From Eledone cirrhosa (Eukaryota), in contig OZ024740.1 of NCBI GenBank assembly GCA_964016885.1, positions 352,098,001 through 352,162,000 on the forward strand: DNA of 64,000 nucleotides, given 5' to 3'. The first letter of the stretch is position 1. Each line of letters opens with the position of its first letter. The notes beneath the pieces were generated by a model. The model ran no database searches, was not told the origin of the DNA, and saw only the letters and a program-made list of their open reading frames with translations. Shown in pieces: positions 37,034 to 51,449 of the stretch. Position numbers and translations under genes: made by a program.

Positions 37034-39888
37034 ATATAGCTTATAAGGGACATACACAATCATTTCTGTTTGCTTTGAATAGTGTCAAACTGAAGATATG
37101 TATAGCAATTGTCTTACACACACAGTATTCTCTCTTATAGATTTTGTCTACCAAATTCCCTCGCAAGGCATTGGTTGGCATAAGTCACATTCCCAAAGTG
37201 TCAAACAGTGAGACAGAACCTGAAACTGTATGATTTCTGAGCCATGCCTATAAAAATGTAAATATTTGGAAAAAATGATAATCTTATTAACAACTAAACA
37301 GCTCAGACGTTTAGACATTTACATAAAGATATTTATAGGTGTGATCAATTTTATCTAGTGTATAGAAGACCATAACACATTTGTGTACTAATTTCACTTT
37401 CTTCTACTACTACTTTTTCTCTTAACCACTTTAAATTCATTGGGGAACTTAAATAGAGTAATTCTAATGATATACAATCAGGTATTGTAACTCAATTTAG
37501 ATATGCCTTACCAGAAATAGAACTCAATATTTGAAGAAGAAGAGAACAAATGTTTACAAAAATAATTTACATTAGTGCAGCAAATTATTTTATATTCCTA
37601 TACCTTGTTAAAGAAGATGTGTTACTATGAGATAACTGCCCACTTTGAGATTTATCTCATAACTATAAAGGTTGGAGTGGTGCCCAGTATTCAGTTAGGT
37701 AGATTGAGACAATGAAAAGCTTTGTGACCTTATCTTAACAATTATAACAAAATTATCTACAGGAGATTCTAAACACAAATGTCAGAACCATATGGTCATT
37801 GGACAGCAAATGTGGTGACTTTATCAGCAGGAGTCATCCTCATCACTATTTAGCGTCTATTTTTCCATGTTTGCATGGGTTAGACGGGTGATCTGTGCCG
37901 AGAGGCATGTCTGGCCAGAATTAGCCATGCCATACCTTGCTCCAATGAGGACTGTAAATTTGGCTGGGTATTTTACAGCTGGATGCCCTTACTAACACCA
38001 ACTACAAATTCTCATGGTTAAAGAGTGGTGGGTAAGAGAATTCTGCAAAATTAGTAGAGATTCTTAGAAAGAGACTAAAATGCGCAACTTCAATTTGGAA
38101 TGTGAGGGAGCTTGCATGCCATGTAATGTACAAAAGAATCTTTTTTTATTGGGAGTTATTTTACAATCATTGCAATGGGAGGTGGGTAACTTCTTCCAAG
38201 CATTATAAATAAAGTTTATTGCTTATATAGTTTCAATGGATTAAATATGAGCAGGTATGGGTTAAGGATTGTATCTTTTGGTTATGTCAGGAAATGGCAT
38301 CATTCAACTATTGAGCTGCCTCAAAGAGGTCAGAGGCAAAACAGATAGATGTGGAGTGAAGAACATATTTGAAGGTGCAGGTATGTGTATATTTGTGAAA
38401 GTATTTGCGTAGGAAGGGTTTTCCTGAGATAGTCAATAAATGTTTATGTGTTTTATTTTTTCCTGTGTATATGCATGTATACATGTGTATGAGTGTGTGT
38501 GTGTGCATATGTACATATGTGTGTGAGTGTGTGTGTGCATATGTATGTCAGTGTGTGAGCACTGACACATATGTGTGTGCTTGTGCGTGAAAAAGAGGTA
38601 TTTATAGGGCTATGAATTGTATGGGTGATCTAGTGGGGAGAACACCTAAGTGTTGAAAGAGTTAAAAAGTTGTGCATGTTGCACATGTGTGTATATGTAT
38701 TAGAGAAATGGATAGTGTGTGTGAACGAACAGTACATTGCAATTAAGTTGGTATGCGTGTATATTTGCTTTCTTTTTATTTTATTTTTCTTAATAAAATA
38801 CTTGCCAACTTCATGTTGAGACTTGTGATAGAGTGATAGCAGTGTAGGTGGTGGTCTTGATAGTGATGTAGTAGAAATAGTAATAGTAGCAATAATACTA
38901 CAACTATTGAAAATATAGTCTAATTTAAGTGTAAATAAAATAATTTGTAAATAATAGAGTAAATATATTGTTTTATAATTTTCTTTCATTTTTTAAAATG
39001 GAAAATATCTTTCTCTTGCGTATATGTGTATATGCACTTGCGGATTCATATTTCAAGTCAATGTAATGTATGTATGTATCAACCTGTGACTCCTGGGGGA
39101 GTTGTAGGGGTGCCATATTGATATATGGCATTTCTAGGGCATTTTTAAAACTGGTGGAGCCCATCTCCTCTCCAGGTCTGAATACAGCAGATTTCTTCCA
39201 TAACTAAATCCATCCTGATTTATATATATATATATATAAATATATATATACATACATACATACACTTATACACATTCATTTATATTTTTGAAGTTACCCC
39301 TAAGTTTCTCCTATTTCTCAAGATGACTGATACCACATATAAGAAATGAGATACTCAGAGCAATGATGGGCTGAAGCCCTGGTTTTCAATATAGAAATAA
39401 ACTCTACTATATGTATTGAGTGCTTTATTCTCTCTTTTGTGCACGCAAACACACAGATCCACACATCTATAATATGGAAGGAGGATTTTATTGGAATTAT
39501 TTATTTATCTATTTTTCAGAAATTCATTGAACAAGAATTTTAATGTCCCACAAGAGAAAACATTGAATAAAATATATTGTAAAATAGAGGGGGAGGAGGA
39601 GGAGGAAGAAGGGGAAATAGTCAACAAGAAGATGAAGAGAGAGAGAGGGGGGTGGATGAAGAGAGAGAGGGGGGGGTGGATGAAGAGAGAGAGGGGGTGG
39701 ATGAAGAGAGAGAGAGGAGGCGGATGAATAATGAAATCTATTTTCTAACTTGCCAGTCTATAAAATCTATGGACAGGAACGTGGTTATGAAGGCCAAAGT
39801 CTGATAATCTTCAGGTTTTCAATTTGATGAAGGAATCAATTTCTGTCTAGGAAAGATACATAATTGGAAGACGAAGATGGAGTGAGTA

Positions 39889-40158
39889 GGGTGGTATTGG
39901 ACAGAGATGGAGGGGGGTGTCGGACAGAGATGGAGGGGGGTGTCGGACAGAGATGGAGGGTGGTGTCGGACGAAGATGTAGGGTGGTGTCGGACGAAGAT
40001 GTAGGGTGGTGTCGGACGAAGATGTAGGGTGGTGTCGGACGAAGATGTAGGGTGGTGTCGGACGAAGATGTAGGGTGGTGTCGGACGAAGATGTAGGGAG
40101 GTGTCGGGTGGAGATGTAGGGTGGTGTCGGATGAAGATGTAGAGTGGAAATGGACGAA
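39889..40158. repeat. 23-bp G-rich minisatellite, ~11.7 copies
   Basis: Unit gggtggtgtcggacgaagatgta; six identical central copies (39958-40095). Confidence 0.95.
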
Positions 40159-41740
40159 AGGGTGTAAACAAAAAGTAAAAATTTAAATAAAAATGATAAA
40201 ACAACAAAAGAAAAAGATGCAAAAATGGTGGTGGGGCTGTAAAAGAGATATATTTTAATTTGTAAACTGTTTTATTTCATTTCCACAAGATTTAGAAGGT
40301 GCCAAATAACCGACTGAAGGATAAACAATCTATATCTTGTCTCCAACACTGCCCATTGACCCATAGATAAGACAATTATCTCCAAACAATTATGTTAACC
40401 TTACTATAGGTGATATACAACAGGTGCCAGGAGGAGGTGCAACATATACCTACAAGCAGTAGAATCACTATATAGTTAAATGTTTCATGAGCAATCAGTG
40501 CTTAAGTTCAATTCAATATTTTCAGATACAACCTCTTCTGTTATATTTCTTAGCCCTTTACCATGTACATTACTCTGTATTTACTATTGTATTTTCACAG
40601 TGAAAGCTTTATCTTACATAATTCTCACATAATATCGAAATGAGGGGTCAGTTATGGCCAGTTAGAATGGCCTGAATCCTTCGATCACTGCCTCCTTGAT
40701 GTATTAAAACAGTTTTTTAAACTGTTTTAATAAGTCTAAACAGGTAGTCACTTAAGGATTTGGACCATGCTGTTACATAATTGGAAATGGTTTTGAACCA
40801 AGTCATGGTGAAATGTGCATAACAGAATAAACATTTGTTAAATTAATCTCTTTAATCTGATCATATATATATTATCTGCCAACCTCCACTACCAATGTAT
40901 TGTTTATGGATGAGTATGTTTCAAACTCATATTTAATTGGAATAAGTGACCTAATTTCACACATCCCCCTGCATATAAGCCAACCAAACAACAAAGAAAC
41001 CAAAGAAGCAATCATTCCCTTGAAAATACTTGTGAAACTCAAGTAAAATGGCTGGGCATGAAATTGAAACCTTACCTCTACTATGATACATTAAAATAAA
41101 TGGGATTTGTTACAGATCCTTATATTTTTCATTCTGTATGAAATGTTTTAAAAAAGCTCAGATAGAGAAAAAATTGAGCATCTGTAATTTACATTTATTT
41201 TAATGTAATTCATAGATATCTGTCTTGATTCCTTCATTTTTATGTGGCTTCTCATAATTAGTCTCCCAATTAAACGACACACACACACACACACACACGT
41301 GTGTATATGCAAGTCTCTAAACCTTTCAATTTTGTATGCTTGTGCTCCCATCTGATTAACCCAGCTATTAGAAGTCATCTATGTTCAGAAATGGAATTAT
41401 ACTTTCAATTGAAAAATAATTTTAAATATATATTCCTGCTTCCCTCCTTTTCTGCTTCCTTCTCCTACAACTGACACACCTCTGCAAGATGTTATGTATG
41501 CCTTGCTTTAACTACTACAGATGTTTTAGTTAAACTCACGAAATCCCATTCATAATCTGACAATGTTTACATGAATGAATTGATGAATAGTTTAGGTAAG
41601 TTTTCAGGCCATCTTTTGTAGATAGCATCTATATGTATGTAGGTTTGATATGAGAGGAATCATCTTACGTCATTCTCCACAGGGCTTGTATACTCATATG
41701 AATATTCATAAAATTCATTACATATTCACATCCACCCATA

Positions 41741-41786
<46 letters not shown>

Positions 41787-41787
<1 letters not shown>

Positions 41788-42226
41788 TCATCATCACCAT
41801 TTTACGTCCGTTCTTCCACGCTAGCATGGGTTAGACGGGTTGTCCTGTTGTGGGCAGTGTCCGGTCGGCCGACCTTGTCTTGCTCATACGGGAACTGATT
41901 CTGGCTTGATTTCTACAGCTGGATGCCCTTCCTAACACCAACCTCATTTACAGTTAGTGGTGGGTGCTTTTTTTTTCCATGGCACCTACACATCCATTTT
42001 ACAGTGTGGGCTGGGTGTTTTTTTGCCGTGGCACCTCCACGACCACTTTGCAGTGGAATGATATGGACCCCAGTCCCTATCATCTCATTTCTACAGCTGA
42101 GTAAACTGGAGCAATGTGAAATAAAGTGTCTTGCTCAAGGAAACAACACATCACCCGGTCTGAGAATTGAACTCACAGCCTTTCGATTGCAAGGCCAATG
42201 CTCTAACCACTAAGCCATGTGCCTCC
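41787..42226 (-). mobile_element. Family-A SINE, long form carrying most of the RTE 3' UTR
   Basis: tRNA-like head at the 42226 end; 41787-42050 is the reverse complement of ~32705-32960 with few differences. Confidence 0.92.
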
Positions 42227-42267
42227 ATATCATATATATATATACAAATCATAAGCGATATAAAACC

Positions 42268-42351
<84 letters not shown>

Positions 42352-42355
<4 letters not shown>

Positions 42356-42489
42356 CACATGGCTTAGTGGTTAGAGCATTGGCCTTGCAATCGAAAGGTT
42401 GTGAGTTCAATTCTCAGACCGGACGATGTGTTGTGTCCTTGAGCAAGACACTTTATTTCACATTACTCCAGTTTACTCAGCTGTAGAAA
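42352..42489 (+). mobile_element. Family-A SINE 5' half (tRNA head plus CORE-like part), 3'-truncated
   Basis: Inverted copy of 42088-42225 with five mismatches by eye. Confidence 0.9.
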
Positions 42490-42969
42490 GTGATGGAATT
42501 GTTTGATCAACTGAACTACTTATTCATTATATTATAGCTTACCACAGATGGATTCTCACGTAGATTCAGTGTGACAAGGTTAGCTTTTCAAATTACTGGT
42601 ACAATCTATATATTTAGCTTGTGAGTGCATGTATGTGTGTATTCATGAACATTGGGCATGTGCTTTCAATCACTGATTTACTACATTTATGATCTCTCTC
42701 AGCTATTCTATACAAGAATTTCTTTTCACAGCAACATCATTTTATGCCTGATTCAATGATAGTGTGGTTAGATGTGTTATATTGTGAGAGTTCTTTATCA
42801 GAGTTAATGCTCTTCTAAATAGATCAGAGCTCCATGTCTCACTTATACATTCTATTTTGGGCATGATTTCTAAGTTTGGATGACATTCCTAACATCAATG
42901 ACAGTAGAATGTACAAGGTACATTTTATCATATCATCGTCATAGATGTACGAGGGTGTTGAATGTTTAA

Positions 42970-43186
42970 CCTTTTAGCATTTACATTACTCTATATTTAC
43001 TATTATATTTTCATGGTGAAGGTTTTACCTCCCATAATTATCCCACATAATATCGAATCTATGAAATGTTGATATTTATTTTGAGAATAATACCTTAACA
43101 TCAGCATGAATGGTCAGTTACAGCTGGTTTGGACAGAAAGAGATGAGAAAATTCTGGCCAGATACACCGATTTACATGCTAAAGGA
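42970..43186. mobile_element. piggyBac-like MITE
   Basis: TTAA-ccttttagcattta ... tacatgctaaagga-TTAA. Confidence 0.85.
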
Positions 43187-43239
43187 TTAAACAAGTGTGG
43201 CCTTAACTTCATTTAAGAAATGAAGTTAAGGCCACATTT

Positions 43240-45177
43240 AACTCTGATAAAGAACAGGCTTATGGGCAAGATTGCAGAGATGCTAGAGAGGAGGCATGTA
43301 TCTGTATACTGTATGCAAGAAATACAATGGAGAGGAGCTTCAGCTAAACTGATCATAAGCAAGGAACATAGATACAAGTTTCTGGGTGTGGGAGGTGTAG
43401 GAATACTATTAGCTGAGAAATGGGTGAATAAGATAATTGAGAAGTCAGAGTATGTAGTAGGATATTAAAACTAGCCTTAGGCAACAAAATGGCTACTATA
43501 ATTTCCACATCACCACAAGCTGGACTTGCATACAAACTGAAGGACAACTTTTATGAGGTTTTATTATGGATTACTTCAATTATGAATGATGATGGCCTCA
43601 TTACCATGCTTGGAGACTTCAATGGACATGTTGGGGAAACACCACAAGAGCTTTCCTGATGTGAATAGTGGCTACGAATATGGTGCAAGAAATTAAAAAC
43701 GCTCATGGCTTCTGAATTTCTGTAATGCTTTTGATTTAACCATCTGCAATATAAACTTCAGGAAACCAGATGGCCACTTGATTACCTTCCAATCAAGTGA
43801 ACATACCAGCCAAACAGTCTTTATTGTTAACAAGAAACAAAACATATAAATGGTCATTAATGCCAAGTCCTTCTTGAGAGAGGAATGTACTGTGACCTTA
43901 AAATAGGACGAAGATGAACTCAGAGACAAAAACCAATCTTGAGTAGGAAGATATTGGAAGTCGAAGAAACTTTCAGTTGACAAGTTCCGCAAAATCATAC
44001 TCAACACTTTCAACAGTAAGAAAGGAGAAATGGAGAACTATAGTAAAGAGGAAAATTGGGAATTTCTATGTGACACACTACTGAAGGCCAGGGACCAGCT
44101 CTGAGGCTGGTCCAAGAGACCAATATGACAGAAACTGATACCGTGGTAGAATGATAGTGCAAAGCAAAAGACTAGAAAACAGAGAGAAATACCAAATCGC
44201 TAGAATGGAGGCAAGGCACCAGGTATAATTAGCAAAAGGTGAGGAAATAAAAAAAGAAGAGTGTACATGTCCTATGGTATGAGGATCTGAGGCATGAAGT
44301 ATACCACATTGTGAGACAGTATGTAAGGAAAGTGTGTCTGAAATGATAGACGACTACTTGCTCAGACTGATACCAAAAAAGAAAGAGGCTTGGAAGTTTT
44401 ATTACAAGAGACTGCTGAAAGAAGAGAATAAATGGAAAAATGAAAGCATATCCCAAACCAGCTCAACTGAGAGATCAGCTGTAAAAGTTGACTGCAATAT
44501 GATAGACAAAGTGATTAAGCATATGGAAACAGTGAAAGCAGCTGAACTATCCAGTATATAATTAGATAGTACAAGATGGTGTCATACCCAACACCTGGTG
44601 CAGCAATATCATTGTAAACTGGTACAATGGCAAAGGAGATATACTAGAGGGAGATAACTATGGAAGCATCAAGTTGATGGACCCGGTTAGGAAAATTAAT
44701 ACATGGGCTATAGCACAATAGGTTAGGGACAGAATCAAGCAAGATGAGATGCAGTTCAACTTTATGCCAGGTAACAGTACCACCAATGTTCTTTTTCTTT
44801 TGAGATAATTGCAGAAGAAGCACTTAGCTAAAAGTAAATCTCTGTATATGGGGAGAAGACCTTTGATGGGGACCCTCACTCTGTAATTTTGTTGGCAATA
44901 AGGAAGCTAGATGTAGATAAATGGCTTGTGAGAGCCTTGAAAGCCATGCATTGATGTGCAAGCAGCAAGGTGAACATTAGCAATGAGTACAGTGATGAAT
45001 TTAAAGTGCAGGTGGAGATTTACTACAGCTCAGTTATCAGCCCACTTCTGTTTATTATTGTTCTTAGGTCCATGGGACCTCCTGTATGCTAATGATCTAG
45101 TCCTTACAGCTGAATCTATGGAAGAATTAGAGGCAAAATTCCAGACATGGAAGAAAAACCTTGAACTGAAAAGCCTG
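43240..45177 (+). pseudogene. Old decayed RTE LINE (APE endonuclease N-terminus to RT)
   Basis: Fragments IAEMLERRHVSVYCMQEIQWRG, GVGILLAEKWV, GDFNGHVG, PWDLLYANDLVL; many stops and frameshifts; colinear with copy 2. Confidence 0.9.
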
Positions 45178-46183
45178 TTAGGGCACCAGATTAAATACCT
45201 TGATATTTAGTCTGGCTCATTGCATTCTGAGTTCAAATCTCACCAAGGTCAACTTTGCCTTTCATCTTTTCAAGGTCGATAAATATAGTACCAGTCAAGT
45301 ACTGGGAGTACCAGTCAAGCACTGGCGGTCGATTCTCTCTCAGAAATTGATTATATTCAGACATAAAGAGAGATGGGCTCCACCAAGTTTAAAACTGCCA
45401 AGACAGTATGTCATGATGCTGCTCCTATGATACCATCATATATCCAAAATATTGAGTTGTGGTTGGGACCAGCATATCTAAGAAAGATGAGAGTTGGATT
45501 CTTTGTTTTATTTAGTTTGATACTTCATATATATCTTTACTTTAAAATCTCACTCGGGTTTGGTTTGCTGGAATAATGAACTGAATACCAGTAATTAGAA
45601 TGATTAGTTTATTACTGGGGGGTAATACAATAAGTAAAAGAAAACGACCTTGTATAGTATTTAAGAGCTTAGACAATACATTTTTTGCTCTTCTTTAGCC
45701 TCAGGTCGACTGATTGAGTAAAACTATGATTAAAGGTGTTCCAGCCATGACCAGATTTGATGAGCTTTAGCTGCTATTTCTAGCCATCAAGCAACTAAGA
45801 AGAAGCTCCCTTGTTGTTGTCTTAAAAGTCTATAATGATTGGACTAACTAACTAATAGTGTATAAGTAGCAAACTGAATGCTTTAAAATCACAATCAGTT
45901 TATCAGATAAAGTACAAATTCTCATCATTTAACTCAAAATCCAAAAACAACGTATTCATTTTCTTGACATTGAAACTGTAAAAACCTATACATCATCATT
46001 ATCAACCTCACTAGTTTTCAACTGACAGCTTTCAGCTATAAATTTCTCCATTGATAATCTGGTCCTGTCAAGCAGTATACATGACCAAGTTAGAACATTT
46101 TTACAATGGTTTCTGATTGGTATATTTATTGCTGGAAGTGTATGTAATTTTATATATATGTAAAAATGATCTTGAATGAATAT

Positions 46184-46223
<40 letters not shown>

Positions 46224-46745
46224 ACAAACACATACTTCTGCATAAAAATAACTGACATACTGATTTTAATGTCTTCATATGGAGACATAAAAACAATACA
46301 TACAAAGGTGTTAGTAACTTTATAGTAAAATTGTTTCTGTATTCACACATCTTTGGGTGTTATTTCTATTAGTCAGAGAGTTTAGGTAATTCCATCTGTA
46401 AGTTCAGGTTAACAACTGTCAGCAGATTATATGGTAGCCATGATTTTTGTCACACATTGGTATAATATTCTCAAGCTGATATAGTTTATTTTCTTGAATG
46501 TACTCGCCAACCTTATTTAAAAGGAGGTTTATATGTTTATCTGTTCTCATTTGTTGAGTTAAAATGTTTGTATAAAATGATCTTATGTTTTGTTTATTTT
46601 AATTTATGTTTCTACTTGAGATTTCTCTGAAGGAGTTTCTAATGCTGTAAACATGATTGGAAGAGTAGGGACTCAAAACTGGGGCAGTCTTCTCTATTTT
46701 AGAGACATCAAGTTTTCATACAGTATTAGATAGAAACACTCACAC

Positions 46746-47100
<355 letters not shown>

Positions 47101-47523
47101 GACAAACAAAATTTAAAATTTGATAGACTTCATGAAATAGAATTTCACAAACCACAGAAAATTTTCTTTAAAATGTTTAATAGTCTTCAAGAAAGCCATT
47201 ATACAATGCAAGTACATAAATCAAGAAATGGAAAATGGAGGAAGAACTATCTCATTCTGCATTTTCTTGAGAAGGCTTCTTTTTTTTTTTAAACCTGAAT
47301 TATTAAACTACAAGGTAAAAATATAAACTATTATCCTTATTCAGTTATGCTCTGTTCTCAATTATTTCCATACTTACATTGTAGTAATGGCTTTCAAATG
47401 TTTCAGATAAAATAACATTAAAGAAAAATTCACTTTCATATTTAATGTGAAGAAGGAATAAAAATATTGATTTCTAAGTTAGGCACAAGGCCTCAAATTT
47501 TTAGGGTAGGGTATGTTTATATG

Positions 47524-47558
<35 letters not shown>

Positions 47559-48124
47559 ACTATACACACAGCTTGATAAGGAACAGGTATGATATGTTGT
47601 TCTGTAGATGGGGAAGGTAAATAATTGCAGACTTTCATTACTTCTATTGCCATTTTTGAAAATTTATACATTATATATATTAATATATATATATATATAT
47701 ATATAAATGTGGCTGGCATTAGGAAGGGCATCCAGTCGTAGAAACCAAGCCAGAAACAGTTCTGTCTGAGCAACACATGGTAACCTGACCTAACAAACAA
47801 CCCGTCTAACCCATACTAACGTGGAAAATGAACGTTAAACGGTGATGATGAGAAAGAGGGGGGAAGAGAAAGGACAGAGAGAGGAAGGGTTTCCTTCTGT
47901 AAAACATTGCCTCAAGAAATCCTATCCAACCCATGCCTACAAGGAAAGGTCAATGTAAAAACTATGATAGTGATAATATCCAATTTGATTAAGTACCCTT
48001 GAGCATGAAACACCAGACCCCTAAATTACTAGTGTAGATTAAATAAAGTGTGTATAAATATATATCCTATTTCTATATTATATATATATATACTTTATTA
48101 AATCTACACCAGAATATATATATA

Positions 48125-51066
48125 TCATCAAACGACAATGACTTCCTAATCATCGCAGGAGATTTTAACGGACATGTAGGTAAACACAGCGACGGCTTCA
48201 ATAGAGTACATGGAGGCCATGGAGTTGGCACAAGGAATGAGGAAGGATTCAGACTTCTAGAATTCTGCGACGCCAATGACATGTCGATATGTAACACGAA
48301 CTTTAAAAAACTCGACAACCACCTGATCACCTATAGATCAGGGGAGCACTCTACTCAGTTAGATTTTATCCTCATCAGAGGACGTGACAGATGGACGGTC
48401 GTAAACACAAAAGCCTTCCCTAGTGAGGAATGTACATCCCAACATAGCTTAGTTGTCAGCGACCTCACGGTCAGAACTAGACGAGCCCTGAAACAGAGGC
48501 CAACCTGGAGAAGAAAGATCTGGAAGCTGAAAGTCCCCTCAACCAGTAACAGATTTAAAGATATTTTACTCAACGCCTACGACAGTAAAGAAGAACAGAT
48601 AGAGATATTTAATGTAGAAGAGAACTGGGAGTTCCTAAAAAATAATTTACTAGAGGCGACGGACGAGGTCTGTGGCTGGAGTAAGACCTCAAGCAGGAGG
48701 AGAGTGACTTGGTGGTGGAACAATAAGGTAGATGAAGCAGTCAAGGCCAAGAGACAGGCATGGAAAGAATGGAAGAACGAGGGGAGCAGGGTACATTACA
48801 TAGAGACCAAGAGGGAAGCTAGGCGACAAGTATACTTAGCTAGGAGGGAAGCAGAGGATAGAAAATTCAAGCATGTTTTACAACGTGAGGACCAGAAACA
48901 GGAGGTATTCAAGATTGCGAGGCAGTGTGTCAGAGATAGTTATGATGTCATTGGAGAGAAGTGTATCCGGAATGATAAAGGTGAGCTTGCCCTCACAAGT
49001 GCTGAGAAGAAAGATGCATGGAAGAGTCATTATGATAGATTACTAAATGAGGAGAATGCATGGGAAGAAGAGACCCTACCCCAAGTAGACCCTATAGAGG
49101 GACCAGCAGTACAAGTCAGCGGCAGCGTAGTAAGTAAGGCAATCAGAGATATGAAGATGGGGAAGGCAACCGGTCCATCGGGGATAGCTGCCGAGATGCT
49201 GAAGGCATCTGGGTCACACTATAACCACACGTATCGTTAACCAGGTAATACTAGAAGGGGCCATACCAAAAGATTGGTGCAGTAGCATCATTGTCAACTG
49301 CTACAAAGGTAAAGGCGATGCACTAGATAGAGGAAACTATAGAGGTATAAAGTTGATGGACCAGGTCATGAAAGTAACAGAAAGAGTTATAGCACAGCTG
49401 ATTAGGGACCGGGTGAAAATAGACGAGATGCAATTTGGGTTTGTACCAGGAAGAGGCACCACTGATGCCCTCTTCCTTGTGAGGCAATTACAGGAAAAGT
49501 ACCTAGCTAAAAGTAAGCCACTCTACTTGGCATTTGTCGACCTTGAGAAAGCCTTTGACAGAGTTCCACGTGCGGTAATCTGGTGGGCTCTTAGAAAACT
49601 AGGAGTAGATGAATGGCTTGTGAAACGGTACAAGCCATGTATAGGGGAGCAGTCAGCAAAGTTAGGATTAGCAATGAGTATAGCGAGGAATTTAGTGTAC
49701 AGGTTGGGGTCCACCAGGGCTCTGTTCTTAGCCCTCCCCTGTTCATCATAGTCCTGCAGGCAATAACGGAGGAGTTTAAGACCGGATGCCCATGGGAACT
49801 CCTGTATGCTGATAACCTTGCACTCATAGCTGAATCTATGGTAGAACTAGAGAATAAATTCCAAACCTGGAAGCAGGGACTAGAAAGAAAGGGTCTCAAA
49901 GTCAACATGACAAAGACTAAGGTCCTTGTAAGTAGACGAGAAAACAGAACCCAGATCCCCTCAGGGAAATGGCCTTGCTCAGTATGTAGGAAAGGTGTAG
50001 GTAGGAACTCCATTCTCTGCCCCAAATGCAAACAATGGGTACACAAGAGATGTAGCGGGATCTCAGGAAGCTTAATTAAGAATGTAGGATTCACATGCAG
50101 CAGCTGTGCTGAAACAGCAAGCAGCAAACAGCCACAGGAAACAAGTACCACCAATCTCTGGGAGGGCCCTGTAGAAACAGTAGACAGCTTCTGCTACCTA
50201 GGTGACCGAATTAGCAACGGAGGTGGGTGTTCAGAAAGTACAATAACTAGGGTAAGAACGGGATGGAAGAAGTTTAGGGAACTACTACCACTGCTAGCTG
50301 CAAAAGGCTTCTCCCTCAGAATGAAAGGCAGACTGTATGATGCGTGTATCCGAACAGCGATGTTGCATGGTAGTGAGACCTGGGCGCTGAAGGTGGAAGA
50401 CTTACGTAGATTAGAGAGAAACGAAGCCTGCATGCTCCGATGGATGTGTAATAGTAATATACGCGAACGACAAAGCATAAAGGAATTGAGAGAGAGACTG
50501 AGCATAAGAGGAATCAAATGCTGTGTGCAGGAGAGGCAGTTGCGCTGGTATGGACATGTGATGCGTATGAAGGATGACAGCTGCATAAAAAGGTGCAGAG
50601 CACTAGAAGTTGATGGAAACCGCGGAGTGGGGAGACCCAAGATGACCTGGGATGAGGTGATAAAAGCCAACCTTACCCAACTACACCTCTCAAAGACAAT
50701 GACACACGACCGCGACTTCTGGCGTCACGCAGTAATACAGAGTACCCGACCTCCCATGGGTACATGCTGAAGCATATAAACAATATGCCCCCACACCCCC
50801 CACCGCAAGGTGGTCGGGGAGGTGCCACGGCAAAAAAGCACCCAGCCCACGCTGTAAAGTGGACGCGTAGGCGCCACGAAAAAGCACCCAGCACTCACTG
50901 TAAATGAGGTTGGTGTTAGGAAGGGCATCCAGCTGTAGAAATCAAGCCAGATCAGTTCCTGTATGAGCAAGGCATGGTCAGCCGACCAGACACTGCTCAC
51001 AACAGGACAACCCGTCTAACCCATGCTAGCGTGGAAGAACGGACGTAAAACGGTGATGATGATGAT
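48125..51066 (+). mobile_element. RTE-clade LINE, young, 5'-truncated within the endonuclease (copy 2), inactivated
   Basis: APE motifs AGDFNGH, QLDFIL, SQHSLV, then TWWWN; RT as in copy 1 but with an 8-bp deletion near 49211, a 1-bp deletion near 49626 and YADD changed to YADN (49805-49816); stop at 50770; (GAT)n tail. Confidence 0.97.
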
Positions 51067-51134
51067 CATCATCATCATCACCATTTAACATCCATTTTTC
51101 CATGTATAGAGAGAGAGAGAAAAAAGAGAGAGAA

Positions 51135-51366
51135 TGCCCCCCACTCCCATCCCGCTGTAAAGTGGTCGTGTAGGTGTCATGACAAAAAGCACCCAGTTCC
51201 ACACTGTAAACGTGGTTGGTGTTAGGAAGGGCATCCAGCCGTAGAAAACCTGCCAGACAGTCCTATACAAGCGAGACGCCCAATCTTGCCTCAAGTGGGA
51301 CAATTCCCGTCTAAACCCATGCTAGTGTGGAAGATAGACATTAAACGATGATGTTGATGATGATGA
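51135..51366 (+). mobile_element. Solo RTE-type 3' UTR of a related subfamily
   Basis: gtcgtgtaggtgtcatgacaaaaagcacc..ttaggaagggcatccagccgtagaaa..ccatgctagtgtgg..(gat)n. Confidence 0.8.
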
Positions 51367-51449
51367 TATATAACGAAGGAAGTGTGGTAAGGAACCAGAT
51401 GGACCATAACGCACCAGAGTACTCAATACTTAGGGTAGTAGAGTGGGTA

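Noticed and set aside
39775-39816. Minus-strand CTGAAGA followed by a possible stem and CACGTT
   Set aside because: The GAAA core is absent; too degenerate to call a hammerhead.
40702-40732. 14-bp perfect inverted repeat tattaaaacagttt/aaactgttttaata
   Set aside because: Short and very AT-rich; single occurrence with no associated feature.
42352-42425. Possible tRNA gene
   Set aside because: A and B boxes are present, but acceptor and anticodon stems do not pair well and the sequence runs into a SINE body.
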